DNA of 64,000 bases from Pseudomonadota bacterium (GCA_031416315.1 JANOTL010000075.1:1-64000), one strand, 5' to 3'; positions 8,937 to 19,097 are shown, numbered from the stretch's first letter. Notes: generated by a model not told the origin, from the sequence alone. Numbers and translations are program-made.

Positions 8937-9715
8937 TGATGCGACTCCTACTCACTGCGGCCACGGGCATGGAAGCTCAGCAGCAGCACATCGACGTCGT
9001 GTCCAACAACTTGGCCAACGTCAACACCAACGCTTTCAAGAAGTCGCGCGCCAATTTCCACGACCTTCTTTATCAGACCCTGCGCGCGCCGGGCCAAAAC
9101 ACCACCACCGGCACGGTCGTGCCGTCCGGCATCCAGATCGGCTCCGGTACGAAGCTCACCTCGGTAGACAAGATGTTCACCACGGGCGCGCCGAAGATGA
9201 CCGGCAACGACTCGGACATGATGATCACGGGCGACGGCTTTTTCCGCGTGCAGTTGGAGGACGGGACGACCGCCTACACGCGCGACGGCAGCTTCAAGTG
9301 GGACAACAACGGCCGCCTCGTCACCTCCGACGGCTTCCCGCTTTCCGACGAGATCACCAAGCCGCAGGGGGCGACCAAGCTCGTGGTCGGCATCGACGGC
9401 GTCGTTACCTGCACGGTGAACGGCGAGAAGCAGGACCTGGGCCAGATCCAGCTCGCGAACTTCATCAACCCGATGGGCCTCTCGTCCAAGGGTCGAAACC
9501 TCTATACCTCCACCGAGGCCAGCGGCGAGGCGACCGTCGGCGTGCCGAACCAGAACGGCGTCGGCGCGGTCGATCACATGTCGCTCGAAGCGGCGAACGT
9601 GAATATCGTCGAAGAAATGATCAACATGATCTCGGGGCAGCGCGCCTACGAGATGAACTCCAAGGTCATCCAAACCGGCGATCAGATGCTGCAGGCCACC
9701 GTCGCCATCAGGTAA
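8936..9715 (+). CDS. flgG: Flagellar basal-body rod protein FlgG
   Basis: SNNLANVNTNAFKKSRANFHDLLYQ, YTRDGSF, QRAYEMNSK. Confidence 0.97.
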   Translation: MMRLLLTAATGMEAQQQHIDVVSNNLANVNTNAFKKSRANFHDLLYQTLRAPGQNTTTGTVVPSGIQIGSGTKLTSVDKMFTTGAPKMTGNDSDMMITGDGFFRVQLEDGTTAYTRDGSFKWDNNGRLVTSDGFPLSDEITKPQGATKLVVGIDGVVTCTVNGEKQDLGQIQLANFINPMGLSSKGRNLYTSTEASGEATVGVPNQNGVGAVDHMSLEAANVNIVEEMINMISGQRAYEMNSKVIQTGDQMLQATVAIR

Positions 9716-9718
9716 TCG

Positions 9719-10735
9719 ATGCTCAGGCTTCTCCTAGCGCTCTGCTTTTGCCTCACGCTCCTCGCCTCCCGACCTGTCGGGGCGGCGGAGGGCGTTCTGC
9801 AGTTCGCGCCGCAAGTGAAGAAGCCCGCGACCTTCACTTTCAAGCCCGTGCTCGAGACCGCCGCGGCACGGATCGAGCTCGGCATGCTCGCCGTCTGCGC
9901 CGGCATCGACGCGATCTGCGAGGAAGCTTACGGCGTCGATCTCGGTCCCGCGCCTGAGCCGGGGAAGACCGCGGTCCTGAGCCGCGAGCGGCTGAGCGAG
10001 CTCTTGAGCCGCGAGTGGGACGAGGCCGCCGTGGAGGTCAAGGCTCCACCCGGCGGAGTGCGGATCATTTCCTTGGGCGAAGAGCTCGACGGCGACCTCC
10101 TCGCCGCCGAGCTTCAGGCGTTCATCGCGGCGAGCCTCGGCGAGAAGGCGCCGTTTAGGATCGAGGTGATGAAGCTCCGCCTCGCCGGTCGCCCGAAGCT
10201 CAGGCCGGGCGAGCACAAGACGCTTTTTCCCGATTTCGACGGCTTGGCCACGCGCAACGAGGATTGGCTCGTGAAGCACGCGACCGGGAACCACAAGATC
10301 GACGTGCGCATCGACGAGCGCACCTATACGGCGAGCGCGGTCTTGAGCTTGAAGAAAGAGCTGCCCGTCGCCGCGAGAAACCTCCTCCGCGGGAGCTTCG
10401 TCCACGAGAAAGACCTGGAGCTCGGCTGGGTCGAGCTCGGCCGCGGCGCTCAGCGCTGGGCGGTCGTGCCGCGCGAGGCCTTGGGCAAAAGGCTCAGGCG
10501 CAACGTCCCGCTCGGCGCGCCGATCTTGCTCGCTGACCTGGAGACGCCGCTCGCCATCCGCCGCGGCGATTTGGTGCGCCTCGTCATGAACTCGGGCGAC
10601 CTCTCCGTCTCCGGCCACGTGAAAGCGCTCGACAACGGCGCTTACGGGCAGACGATCGACGCCCTTTATCCGACCACCAAGAAGCGCATGCGCGTCAAAG
10701 TCATCGACTCCTCGACCGTGGAATACCTCGAATGA
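9719..10735 (+). CDS. flgA: P-ring assembly chaperone FlgA (long form)
   Basis: Signal peptide, C-terminal SAF-like domain (IRRGDLVRL...KALDNGAYGQTI), position between flgG and flgH. Confidence 0.85.
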   Translation: MLRLLLALCFCLTLLASRPVGAAEGVLQFAPQVKKPATFTFKPVLETAAARIELGMLAVCAGIDAICEEAYGVDLGPAPEPGKTAVLSRERLSELLSREWDEAAVEVKAPPGGVRIISLGEELDGDLLAAELQAFIAASLGEKAPFRIEVMKLRLAGRPKLRPGEHKTLFPDFDGLATRNEDWLVKHATGNHKIDVRIDERTYTASAVLSLKKELPVAARNLLRGSFVHEKDLELGWVELGRGAQRWAVVPREALGKRLRRNVPLGAPILLADLETPLAIRRGDLVRLVMNSGDLSVSGHVKALDNGAYGQTIDALYPTTKKRMRVKVIDSSTVEYLE

Positions 10736-11760
10736 CCAGCTTTCGCTTCCGGCCCTTCACGTTCGCGCTCCTCCTGGTCCCGGCCTGCTCGCCGAAGATC
10801 CAGACGGCGTCGATTCGCAATCCCGACCTCTTCGAGAAAGAGTCGGACCACTTCGTCGGCCGCGGCGCCGGCCCCTCGGAGCCGGCGCCGGAGCTTTACG
10901 TCCGCCGCCCGGGGATCGCCATCACCAAAAAAGACCGCCCGAACGAGACCGGCTCCCTCTACAATCCGGAAGACGAGCGCAACTGGCTCTTCACCTCGAC
11001 GGGTCCGCTCAACGTCGGCCGCTTCCTGACCATCAAGCTCGCCTCGAACCGGCAGGACCCGGCCGCCAAGGGGAAGGACCCGAAGGCCGCGGTCGCCGCG
11101 GAGGAGAAGAAGGGCGACGCGATCGAGGCGGAGCTCCTCAAGGCGATCCCCGACTTGGCGCCCGCGGTGCCGGGCGAGACCTCGCTGCTCAAAGCGTTCA
11201 AGATGAAAATCGTGCACCGCTACGACAACGGTGACGTGCTCGCGATGACGGAGCGGAACTCGCGCGTCGGCGAGACGGAGACCGACGTGCACGCGATCCA
11301 GGTTAAGGCCCGCATTCCTTACGACCGACTCGCTTCCGGCGATCCCCTCACCACCGAGGATCTCCTCGCGGTGAAGTTCATCGAAAGCCAGGATGGCGAG
11401 CTCGCCGACCGCGACTCCTCCGGCTGGGAAGACGAATACTCCTTGCGCCTCAGCGGCTACACCGAGGCGAAGTCGAAAGTCGCGATGGAGATCGACGACA
11501 AGCGCCGTCAGCTCGACGACGCCAAAGGTAAGCTCGAGAACCAGGTCAAATCCTTCTCGAAGGAGCGCGAGACGGTCGCCAAGACCCGCGAGGACCTGGC
11601 GAAGCGGAAGACGGCCCAAGAAGAGAAGCTGAGGACCGTGACCGACGAGCTCAGCGAGACGAAGGACGACCTGAAGGACAAGGAAGAGACGATCAAGGAG
11701 CAGGAAGAGCAGATCAAAGAGCTCGAAGAGAAGCCGGGCGACAAGAAGGACGGAACCTGA
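10732..11760 (+). CDS. flgH: Flagellar L-ring lipoprotein FlgH, divergent, with C-terminal coiled coil
   Basis: Lipobox LVPAC; GSLY...LF...LNVGRFLTI and YDNGDVL motifs; position between flgA and flgI. Confidence 0.75.
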   Translation: MTSFRFRPFTFALLLVPACSPKIQTASIRNPDLFEKESDHFVGRGAGPSEPAPELYVRRPGIAITKKDRPNETGSLYNPEDERNWLFTSTGPLNVGRFLTIKLASNRQDPAAKGKDPKAAVAAEEKKGDAIEAELLKAIPDLAPAVPGETSLLKAFKMKIVHRYDNGDVLAMTERNSRVGETETDVHAIQVKARIPYDRLASGDPLTTEDLLAVKFIESQDGELADRDSSGWEDEYSLRLSGYTEAKSKVAMEIDDKRRQLDDAKGKLENQVKSFSKERETVAKTREDLAKRKTAQEEKLRTVTDELSETKDDLKDKEETIKEQEEQIKELEEKPGDKKDGT

Positions 11761-12776
11761 TGAAAAAGCTTCTGCTCGCGCTCATCCTCCTCGCCACCGT
11801 CGCCGAGGCGCGTCCCGTCCGGGTCAAGGATCTCGTGGCGATCCGCGGCGTCCGCGCCAACTACATGAACGGCCTAGGCCTCGTCGTCGGCCTGAAGAAC
11901 ACCGGCGACACGAAGAAGTCGCTTGCGACCAACCGAGCCGTCGCCACCATGTTGACGCGGATGGGCCTGAAGACCAATGCGAACGAGGTCGCCGCCGGCA
12001 ACATGGCGGCCGTGCTCGTCACCGGCGAGCTGCCGCCCTTCGCCCGCATCGGCGAAGCCCTCGACGTGAAGGTCTCCGCCATCGGCGACGCCAAGAGCTT
12101 GGCCGGCGGCACCCTCGTTCTTACCCCGATGAAAGCCGGAAACAGCGAGGTCTTCGCCGTCGCGCAAGGCGCCGTGGTCGTCGGGCAGGCGAGCGGCTCG
12201 GGCGCCCAGGTTCTCACCGTCGCGCGGGTTCCCGGCGGCGGCACGGTCGAGCGGGAGTTCGCGCCGGTCATCGCTGCCGACGGCAAGCTCACGCTGGCGC
12301 TCAAGGACGCGGACTTCACCACGGCCGCGCGCATCGCCGACGCCATCAACGAGCGCCTCAAGGGCTTTTTCGCCGCGGCGAAAGACGTCGGCAGCGTCGA
12401 GGTCACGATCCCGCCGCCGTTCGAGGGCCGCACGGTCGAGTTCGTAGCCGAGATCGAGGCGACCGAGGTCGAGGCGGACTCCAAGGCCGTCGTCGTCCTG
12501 AACGAGCGCACGGGCACCGTCGTCATGGGCGGCGGCGTCGCCCTGGCTCCCGTCGCGATCGCGCACGGCGACCTCTCGATCCGGGTGGGCGAGGGGAAGA
12601 AGGCGGCCAAGACCGGCGGGAAATCCGTGGTCAACATGGGCGGCAGCGCCGGCGCCACCGTCGGCGAGCTCGTCGAGACTCTGAATGCGCTCGGCGTGAA
12701 GCCGGCGGACTTGGTCGGCATCCTCCAGTCCATGCACGCCGCGGGCGCGCTCAAGGCGGAGCTGAAGTTCCTATGA
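11760..12776 (+). CDS. flgI: Flagellar P-ring protein FlgI
   Basis: RVKDLVAIRGVRAN, GLGLVVGL, IGDAKSLAGGTL, LNERTGTVV. Confidence 0.97.
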   Translation: MKKLLLALILLATVAEARPVRVKDLVAIRGVRANYMNGLGLVVGLKNTGDTKKSLATNRAVATMLTRMGLKTNANEVAAGNMAAVLVTGELPPFARIGEALDVKVSAIGDAKSLAGGTLVLTPMKAGNSEVFAVAQGAVVVGQASGSGAQVLTVARVPGGGTVEREFAPVIAADGKLTLALKDADFTTAARIADAINERLKGFFAAAKDVGSVEVTIPPPFEGRTVEFVAEIEATEVEADSKAVVVLNERTGTVVMGGGVALAPVAIAHGDLSIRVGEGKKAAKTGGKSVVNMGGSAGATVGELVETLNALGVKPADLVGILQSMHAAGALKAELKFL

Positions 12777-13234
12777 ACGTTGATGGCGCCAGCGGGCTCA
12801 AGCCCGTCATATCGGTGAACGGAGAGGGCGAGAAGGTCCGCGACGAAAAGGCGGAGATCCGTCAGCTGTCGGAGGACTTCGAGTCGCTCTTCCTCGGGAT
12901 CGTCCTGAAAGCGATGCGGGACACCGTGCCGAAGTCGGGCTTAGTCGACGGCGGCAATGCCGAGGAGATCTACCGGTCGATGCTCGACGGCGAATACGCC
13001 AAGCAGATGGCGAGCCAGCGTCACACGGGACTCGCCGATAATATTGAGGAATTCATGCTCCGTGCGCGAGGCGCCCAAGAGGCGGCGAAGGCGGAGGGCG
13101 GGGCCAACGGCGTCAAAGCCATGGGCCTCAAGGCTTACGCGCCGAAGGCATTGCCTCCCGCGCCGATCCCTGCGACAATGAACAACGGACCCGTTCCCGC
13201 GGATCTCCTGCAAAAGCTCTCCCGCCCGCTGTAA
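12773..13234 (+). CDS. flgJ: Rod-binding FlgJ-like protein (no muramidase domain)
   Basis: DFESLFL...KAMRDTVP...IYRSMLDGEYA. Confidence 0.85.
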   Translation: MNVDGASGLKPVISVNGEGEKVRDEKAEIRQLSEDFESLFLGIVLKAMRDTVPKSGLVDGGNAEEIYRSMLDGEYAKQMASQRHTGLADNIEEFMLRARGAQEAAKAEGGANGVKAMGLKAYAPKALPPAPIPATMNNGPVPADLLQKLSRPL

Positions 13235-13290
13235 ATCCCGACCTTCCCGAATTTCCCTTCATGTCCTTCATTTTACGCGAGAGGTGAGTC

Positions 13291-13668
13291 ATGGCGACCA
13301 AGCCGATCAACAACGGCGCTTCGATGACGAACCCGCTGCTGGCGCCGAAAGCGCAGGCAAGCGACAAGAAGAAGGCCGTCGACGGCGCCGCGGCGCTCGA
13401 CGCCAGCCTCTTCAAAGAAGGCGCGTCCGCGAAGGGCGGCGCGGCCGACGTGAAGATCTCGGGCGGCGCGAAGGATCGCGCGGCGGCCGCGAGCAAGGCC
13501 TTCGACATCGCCAAGAACACGCCCGACGTGCGCGAAGACCGCGTCGCGGCGCTGAAGGCGCAGATCGACGCCGGCACGTATCAGCCCGACTCGGGCAAGA
13601 TCGCCGACGGCATCCTGCGCGAGGCCGTGCGCGAGCACCTGGCCGAGTCCCAAGCGAACGAGCCCTGA
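13291..13668 (+). CDS. flgM: Anti-sigma28 factor FlgM
   Basis: PDVREDRVAALKAQIDAGTYQPDSGKIADGIL. Confidence 0.92.
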   Translation: MATKPINNGASMTNPLLAPKAQASDKKKAVDGAAALDASLFKEGASAKGGAADVKISGGAKDRAAAASKAFDIAKNTPDVREDRVAALKAQIDAGTYQPDSGKIADGILREAVREHLAESQANEP

Positions 13669-13756
13669 TCCGCCTACGCTAAAGCTTCGGCGGACAAGTC
13701 CCAAGTCCGCGTGAGCATCCCCCCCCTGAACCGATTTCCTTCGGAGGCACTACTCC

Positions 13757-14353
13757 ATGTCGACGGCTGCCGAAGCCGTGATCACGCTTGCCTCGGAGCT
13801 CAAGGCCGAGGCGGCCGCGCTATACGAAGCGTACGTGAAGCTGCCGCTCGCGATCGAGAAGGAGCACCGCGCCATCCGCTCGCGCGACTTCCCCGACATC
13901 GAGAACGCCGGCGCGGCGAAGGCCGAGGTCTGCGAGCAGATCGAGAAGTCCTTCCACGCCATGGCCATCGCCGCCGCGCGGATCGGCCAGCACCGGGCGC
14001 GCATCCTGGGCGGCGAGGCGCGCTGCCCCGCAGCCCTGAAAGAGTGCGTCGCCGCGCTCGAGGAGTTGCGCGCCGCGTTTCCTTCGACGCCGGGTGAAGG
14101 CGCTCTGGCGATGGGCGTCCTTACGCACCAGATCGACGGCCTGCGCAAGCTCGCCCAAGCTTTCGAGGCCAAGGTCCGCGAGGTGAAGCCGCTCGTCGAG
14201 GCCAACCGCGCTCTGGTCGGCAAGCTCCTGCGCGACTACCAGGACAGCTACCGCTTCTGGCAAAAAGTCAGCGAAGAGACCATCTCTGCCTACAACGAGC
14301 GCGGCGTCCAAGAGACGAGCGGTCGCCTCTCCGGTTTCAGCGCCTCCGCCTGA
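13757..14353 (+). CDS. flgN: FlgN-like flagellar export chaperone
   Basis: Helical protein between flgM and flgK, with C-terminal Y-x-x-x-G. Confidence 0.65.
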   Translation: MSTAAEAVITLASELKAEAAALYEAYVKLPLAIEKEHRAIRSRDFPDIENAGAAKAEVCEQIEKSFHAMAIAAARIGQHRARILGGEARCPAALKECVAALEELRAAFPSTPGEGALAMGVLTHQIDGLRKLAQAFEAKVREVKPLVEANRALVGKLLRDYQDSYRFWQKVSEETISAYNERGVQETSGRLSGFSASA

Positions 14354-14359
14354 GGTCTC

Positions 14360-15787
14360 ATGCCCAGCCTTTTCCACACCCTAAACATCGGCTCCGAGTC
14401 GCTTTACGCGACCCGGCAGGGCGTCGACACGGCCGGCCACAACATCGCCAACGCGCAGGTCGCCGGCTTCTCGCGCCAGCGCATCAACCTCATCCAGCGC
14501 GAGCCCCTGCAAAAGAGCGGGCTCCTGATCGGCAACGGCAACTACGTCGGCTCGATCTCGCGCCTCCACGACAAGTTCATCGAGAAGCAGATCAACCAGG
14601 CGCGCCAGGACTTCGGCCGCGCCGCCGCCAAAGCCGACGCGATGAAGCAGCTCGAGGTCATCTTCAGCCCCGAGCTCAACGCCTCGGTCGCCGACGAGAT
14701 GGCGGAGTTCTTCAACCGTATGCAGGATCTCTCGAACTTCCCCGAGGACTTCACCGTCCGCACGTCGGTCGTCGAAAGCGGCAAGAACATCGCCTCCGCC
14801 TTCCAGCGGATCGACACCAACCTGAAACAGAACCGAACCGACCTGAACGAGCGCGTCGCCGAGCAGTCCCGCAAGCTCACCGACAACTTGGCCGAGATCG
14901 CCTCCCTCAACGTGAAGATCCAGGTCCAGGAGGCGGGCCAGAAGCAGGACGCCAACGACCTCCGTGACCAGCGCGACCGCCTCCTCCAGGAGGTCACCGG
15001 CACGGTCGACTGCCATTACTACGAGGACAAGTTCGGGATGCTGATGGTGCGCGGCCCGAACGAGACCACGCTCGTCGACGCCGGCAACTCGTCCATCATC
15101 GAGCTCTCGCGCAACGGCGACAACGCCGGCATGTACGACGTCATGATCACCGACTGGGAAGGCAACCGTAGCCGCGACGTGACGAGCATGCTGGAAGGCG
15201 GCTCACTCGCCGCGTTCGTCAACATGCGCGACGAGGTCGTCCCCGACCTGATCGCAAAGAACAACGAGAGCGCTTTCACATTTGCCAATAATTTGAATGA
15301 CGCGCATCGCGAGGGCTTTGGCCTGAAGGTTTACGCCGAGGCCCGGGGCCGAGACTTCTTCGCCATCGGTGGAGACGTCGACTCCGCCGCCTCGTCCATT
15401 GCGCTCAGCGACGCCGTCGCCGAGTCGGTCGACGCCATCTCCGCCGGCATGTCGCCCTCGGCCCCCGGCGACAACGTCAACCTGCTCCAGATCCTGAAGT
15501 TGAAGGACACGCGGCTCTACGGCGACGACAGTGACGCCACGTTCACCGACTTCTATGCCAACTACGTCGGCACGCTTGGCCTCGACGTCTTACGCGCGAG
15601 CCATATCAAAGAAGCGAACGATATCGTCATGCAGGACCTGACGAAGCGGCGCGAGTCGACCTCGGGCGTCTCCCTCGATGAAGAGGCGACCAACCTCCTC
15701 AAGTGGCAGGCGAACTTCACGGCCTCTTCCAAGCTGATCACGACCGTCGACGAGATGCTCGAGACCGTGCTCTCGCTCAAACGCTGA
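14360..15787 (+). CDS. flgK: Hook-associated protein FlgK
   Basis: GHNIANAQVAGFSRQR, NDLRDQRD, SGVSLDEE. Confidence 0.97.
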   Translation: MPSLFHTLNIGSESLYATRQGVDTAGHNIANAQVAGFSRQRINLIQREPLQKSGLLIGNGNYVGSISRLHDKFIEKQINQARQDFGRAAAKADAMKQLEVIFSPELNASVADEMAEFFNRMQDLSNFPEDFTVRTSVVESGKNIASAFQRIDTNLKQNRTDLNERVAEQSRKLTDNLAEIASLNVKIQVQEAGQKQDANDLRDQRDRLLQEVTGTVDCHYYEDKFGMLMVRGPNETTLVDAGNSSIIELSRNGDNAGMYDVMITDWEGNRSRDVTSMLEGGSLAAFVNMRDEVVPDLIAKNNESAFTFANNLNDAHREGFGLKVYAEARGRDFFAIGGDVDSAASSIALSDAVAESVDAISAGMSPSAPGDNVNLLQILKLKDTRLYGDDSDATFTDFYANYVGTLGLDVLRASHIKEANDIVMQDLTKRRESTSGVSLDEEATNLLKWQANFTASSKLITTVDEMLETVLSLKR

Positions 15788-15804
15788 TCTAGGAGGCCCT
15801 AGCG

Positions 15805-16707
15805 ATGGTGCGCGTCTCCGAGAAAATGCGCTATGACACGGTGCAAAATCGCGTCGAGGACGCGAAGAACCAGAACATGCGGCAGATGGACCGCCTGTCC
15901 TCGCAGAAGGACATCCTCAACCTGTCGGACGACCCGATCCGGGCGAAGCAAGCCATCCGCTTCCGCGACAACATCTACGACGTCACCCAGTTCCAGAAGA
16001 ACATCGAGTTCTCGAAAGGGCTCCTCGAGCGCTCGGAGTCGGCGCTCCAATCGATCGGCGACAGCCTCATACGCGCCAAGGAGCTGTCGGTCGCGATGTC
16101 CAACGACACCTACGACGCGAACAGCAGAGACGCCACGGGCCGCGAGATCCGCGAGATCATGGAGGAGGTCGTCCAGCTCGCCAACTCGACTTTCAACGGG
16201 CGCTTCGTCTTCGGCGGCTTTCGCAACCAGACGCCGCCCTTGAACCTCGAAGGCGACTATCTGGGCGACGACGGCGCCCTCTTCCTGCAGGTGTCGAAAG
16301 ACAACTTTCGCCAGGTGAATCTGCAGGCGCGCAACCTCTTCGACGCCTCGCCCGAGGACCGCGCCAAGGGGCACTTCGGCATGATGCAGACCATGACGGT
16401 CCTCTACGAGGGCCTGATCACCAACGACAAAGCCATGATCCGCAGGTCGATGGACGAGCTCGATTTTCAGCTCGAGAAGACGACGAGCTTCCAGGCCTCT
16501 CTCGGCGGCATGTGGAAGTCGCTCCACGACGCCGGCGACCGCCTCGCGAACGAGGAGGTGCAGAACCGCGCCGCCCTCTCCAAGGCGCAGGACGCCGACA
16601 TCTACGACGCGACCTCGCAGTTCAAGCGCACGGAGGCGCAGCTGCAGGGGACTTTGCTGTCGTCCACGAAGATGTTGCAGCCGTCGCTTCTGAACTTCCT
16701 CCAATGA
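15805..16707 (+). CDS. flgL: Hook-associated protein FlgL
   Basis: LSDDPI, NGRFVFGG, C-terminal SLLNFL. Confidence 0.95.
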   Translation: MVRVSEKMRYDTVQNRVEDAKNQNMRQMDRLSSQKDILNLSDDPIRAKQAIRFRDNIYDVTQFQKNIEFSKGLLERSESALQSIGDSLIRAKELSVAMSNDTYDANSRDATGREIREIMEEVVQLANSTFNGRFVFGGFRNQTPPLNLEGDYLGDDGALFLQVSKDNFRQVNLQARNLFDASPEDRAKGHFGMMQTMTVLYEGLITNDKAMIRRSMDELDFQLEKTTSFQASLGGMWKSLHDAGDRLANEEVQNRAALSKAQDADIYDATSQFKRTEAQLQGTLLSSTKMLQPSLLNFLQ

Positions 16708-16818
16708 GAAATTGATCTTTTGCCAAAGCATGGCCATTTGCATGAAAATCGCGGATAATCTTTAGATACGACAGCTCTTGGTGCGGTTCGGTCAAGGGAG
16801 CCATGGAGGGTTCTCACG

Positions 16819-17127
16819 GTGCTCGTTCTGACGCGAAAAGTGGGCGAGGGAATCGCCATTGGTGACGACGTCAAAATCGTCGTCATGCAAATCAAAGGGA
16901 AGCAGGTCCGCCTCGGGATCAAGGCCTCGCCGTCGACGGCCGTGCACCGCGAAGAGATCTACCAGAAGATCCAGGATGAGAACCGGGCGGCGAGCTCGCC
17001 GCGCCCGGACGCCGTGCGCGAGGCCGGCGGCATGCTCGCCGGCAGCGCCGTGGCGTCGGGGGACACGACGCAGGCTCCGCTGCGCAAGACGGTGAAGATG
17101 ACGCCCCCCAAAGGGTCTGGCGAATAG
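16819..17127 (+). CDS. csrA: Carbon storage regulator CsrA
   Basis: [29 protein letters not shown]. Confidence 0.97.
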   Translation: MLVLTRKVGEGIAIGDDVKIVVMQIKGKQVRLGIKASPSTAVHREEIYQKIQDENRAASSPRPDAVREAGGMLAGSAVASGDTTQAPLRKTVKMTPPKGSGE

Positions 17128-17261
17128 GCTCCGCTATCTTTCTTCCGTCGCGGGGCTTGAAGCGCTCACGCACGGTACGGTAAGCTAGGACAAGCACACT
17201 CAGCGAACGAAGACAGGGACGAAGTAGGTCGCGCGATTCATGCGCGCGATGGAGGGTTCGT

Positions 17262-17816
17262 GTGATCCAGGTGAAAACGACGCGATTCGGCGAGATCGAA
17301 GTCAAGGACGCGGATCTGATCGAGCTTCCGGCCGGTCTGATCGGCTTCCCGGAGCTGAAGCGCTACGTCATTCTCGATCACGACAAGGACTCGCCGTTCA
17401 AATGGCTGCAGTCCCTGGACGACGGCGCCATCGCCTTCGTGCTGATCAATCCCCTGCTCTTCAAGCCGGATTACACCGTCGAGGTCACCGAGGCGGAAGT
17501 CTCCGACCTCGGCCTGAAGACGGAAGAAGACGCGGTCATCAGCGTGATCATCACGATCCCGACGAACCCGCAGAACATGACGGCGAACCTCAAGGCGCCG
17601 CTCGTGTTCAACCTGCAGACGCGCCGCGGAAAACAGCTCGTCCTGTCGAACTCGGCGTATACGACGCGGCACAACATCATGGAAGAAGTGCGCAAGCAGT
17701 CGACGACCGGCGAATCGACGAGCGTGCAGGAAGCGATCGCGAAGGCGAAGCAGGATCAGGAAGGGAAGAAAGACACTGCGCAGGTGGCGGTGGGTGGCGA
17801 TAAAACGGGGAAATAG
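17262..17816 (+). CDS. fliW: Flagellar assembly factor FliW
   Basis: TTRFGEI, GLIGFPE, FKWLQS, TANLKAPLVFN. Confidence 0.95.
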   Translation: MIQVKTTRFGEIEVKDADLIELPAGLIGFPELKRYVILDHDKDSPFKWLQSLDDGAIAFVLINPLLFKPDYTVEVTEAEVSDLGLKTEEDAVISVIITIPTNPQNMTANLKAPLVFNLQTRRGKQLVLSNSAYTTRHNIMEEVRKQSTTGESTSVQEAIAKAKQDQEGKKDTAQVAVGGDKTGK

Positions 17817-17838
17817 AGCGGCTTCGCGTGCCATTCTA

Positions 17839-17878
17839 CCGATGAAGATGCCCGCCTTTCGGCGGGCTCTTTCGTCGG
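17839..17878 (+). terminator. Terminator-like hairpin ending the flagellar operon
   Basis: GCCCGCC-TTTC-GGCGGGC followed by TCTTTC, with extended flanking pairing. Confidence 0.6.
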
Positions 17879-17986
17879 CGTGTCCGCCGTGGGCCGAAGG
17901 CGTTTCGCCCCTCGCCTCAAATTCGCCACTCCCAACAAAGCTAAGCTCACAAGCCTACCCGCCCCCCATCGTCTATCTTCCTCCCC

Positions 17987-18613
17987 ATGACGTACTCCTT
18001 CTCCATCATTTTCCTCCTAGCCAGCGTCTACGCCGACCTCAAGCCCGTGCTCGACGCCACCTGTCTGCGCTGCCACAATCCGCGCGGTGCCGCCGGCTTC
18101 CTGCCGCTGACGACGCTTGAGGAGATCAAGCCGAATCGGGAGGCGATGGTCTCGGCCCTCGCGGACGGCTACATGCCCCAGGGCAATCCGACGTTCAAGG
18201 ACACGCCCGACGGCCTGCGCCTGCAAGATTGGTTGAAGACCGGTACCGATCTCGTCCCGGCCCAGCCCTGTCCAGATCCCGGGCCGCCGCATCTCCTCAT
18301 GCGCGATCCGCGCGAGCTGCGTTATGAGGATCTGAAGCCGATCGTCGACCGCAAATGCACCGGCTGCCATGGCTCCGAAGGACGCATGGCGCGCAAGCCG
18401 CTCACGAGCCTGGCCGAGATCCGGCGGCATGCTCGCGACGCCTGGAATGAGCTCGACTTCGGGACGATGCCGCAGAACGACCGCGAATTCGCCTACACGC
18501 CGGACGGGCGCGCGCTCGCGGCGTGGCTGCGTTTCGGCGCCGACGTCACCTGGCGCGAGCCGGGCGGCGGCGATGACGACGACGACCGAATCATCGTCGG
18601 AGACGACGACTAG
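17987..18613 (+). CDS. Di-heme c-type cytochrome (internal duplication)
   Basis: Two CxxCH motifs (CLRCH, CTGCH), each followed by an MPQ distal-Met motif; hydrophobic N-terminus. Confidence 0.85.
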   Translation: MTYSFSIIFLLASVYADLKPVLDATCLRCHNPRGAAGFLPLTTLEEIKPNREAMVSALADGYMPQGNPTFKDTPDGLRLQDWLKTGTDLVPAQPCPDPGPPHLLMRDPRELRYEDLKPIVDRKCTGCHGSEGRMARKPLTSLAEIRRHARDAWNELDFGTMPQNDREFAYTPDGRALAAWLRFGADVTWREPGGGDDDDDRIIVGDDD

Positions 18614-18642
18614 TGCGTACCCTTCACCCTTTGGAGCTCATC

Positions 18643-19047
18643 ATGCGAACCTTTGCACGCAACGTCCTCATCACCCTGACCCTCGCCGCAAGCGCCACCG
18701 GCGCCCACGCCGCCTGCGACCCGACCCCGATCCTCGAGATCGACATCGCCGCCATGGTGTTCGCGCCCGCGGACACGGAAGTCTGTCTCGGCCAGACGGT
18801 GCGCTGGACGAACAAGGAGCCGACCGGCGTGCCGCGGCCGATTCGGCACACCGTGACGGCAGACGCGACGCTGGCGTTTGATCCGCTGAATGTCGTCATT
18901 CCCGAAGGTGCGGAGCCCTTCCATTCGGGCTTCCTTCTCCCCGGCGCGACTTTTGAGCACACGTTCACCGTGCTCGGCGAGTACAAATACATCTGCGTGC
19001 CGCATGAGGAGATGGGGCATTTCGGGACGCTGCGCGTCGTTGAGTAA
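18643..19047 (+). CDS. Secreted cupredoxin (plastocyanin/azurin family)
   Basis: Signal peptide, GQTVRWTN, RHTVT, YKYICVPH; SD GGAG before ATG 18643. Confidence 0.88.
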   Translation: MRTFARNVLITLTLAASATGAHAACDPTPILEIDIAAMVFAPADTEVCLGQTVRWTNKEPTGVPRPIRHTVTADATLAFDPLNVVIPEGAEPFHSGFLLPGATFEHTFTVLGEYKYICVPHEEMGHFGTLRVVE

Positions 19048-19097
19048 GGTCGCCATGATAAGCTGAGGCGCCAGAACACGTAGTAAAGGCGCTCACC

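Noticed and set aside
13100..13756. sigma28 promoters upstream of flgM and flgN
   Set aside because: Only partial matches with wrong spacing or a poor -10 box (e.g. TAAAG-N15-CCCAAG).
16819..17816. csrA-fliW order as a novelty
   Set aside because: flgK-flgL-csrA-fliW clustering and FliW/CsrA/flagellin partner switching are already established.
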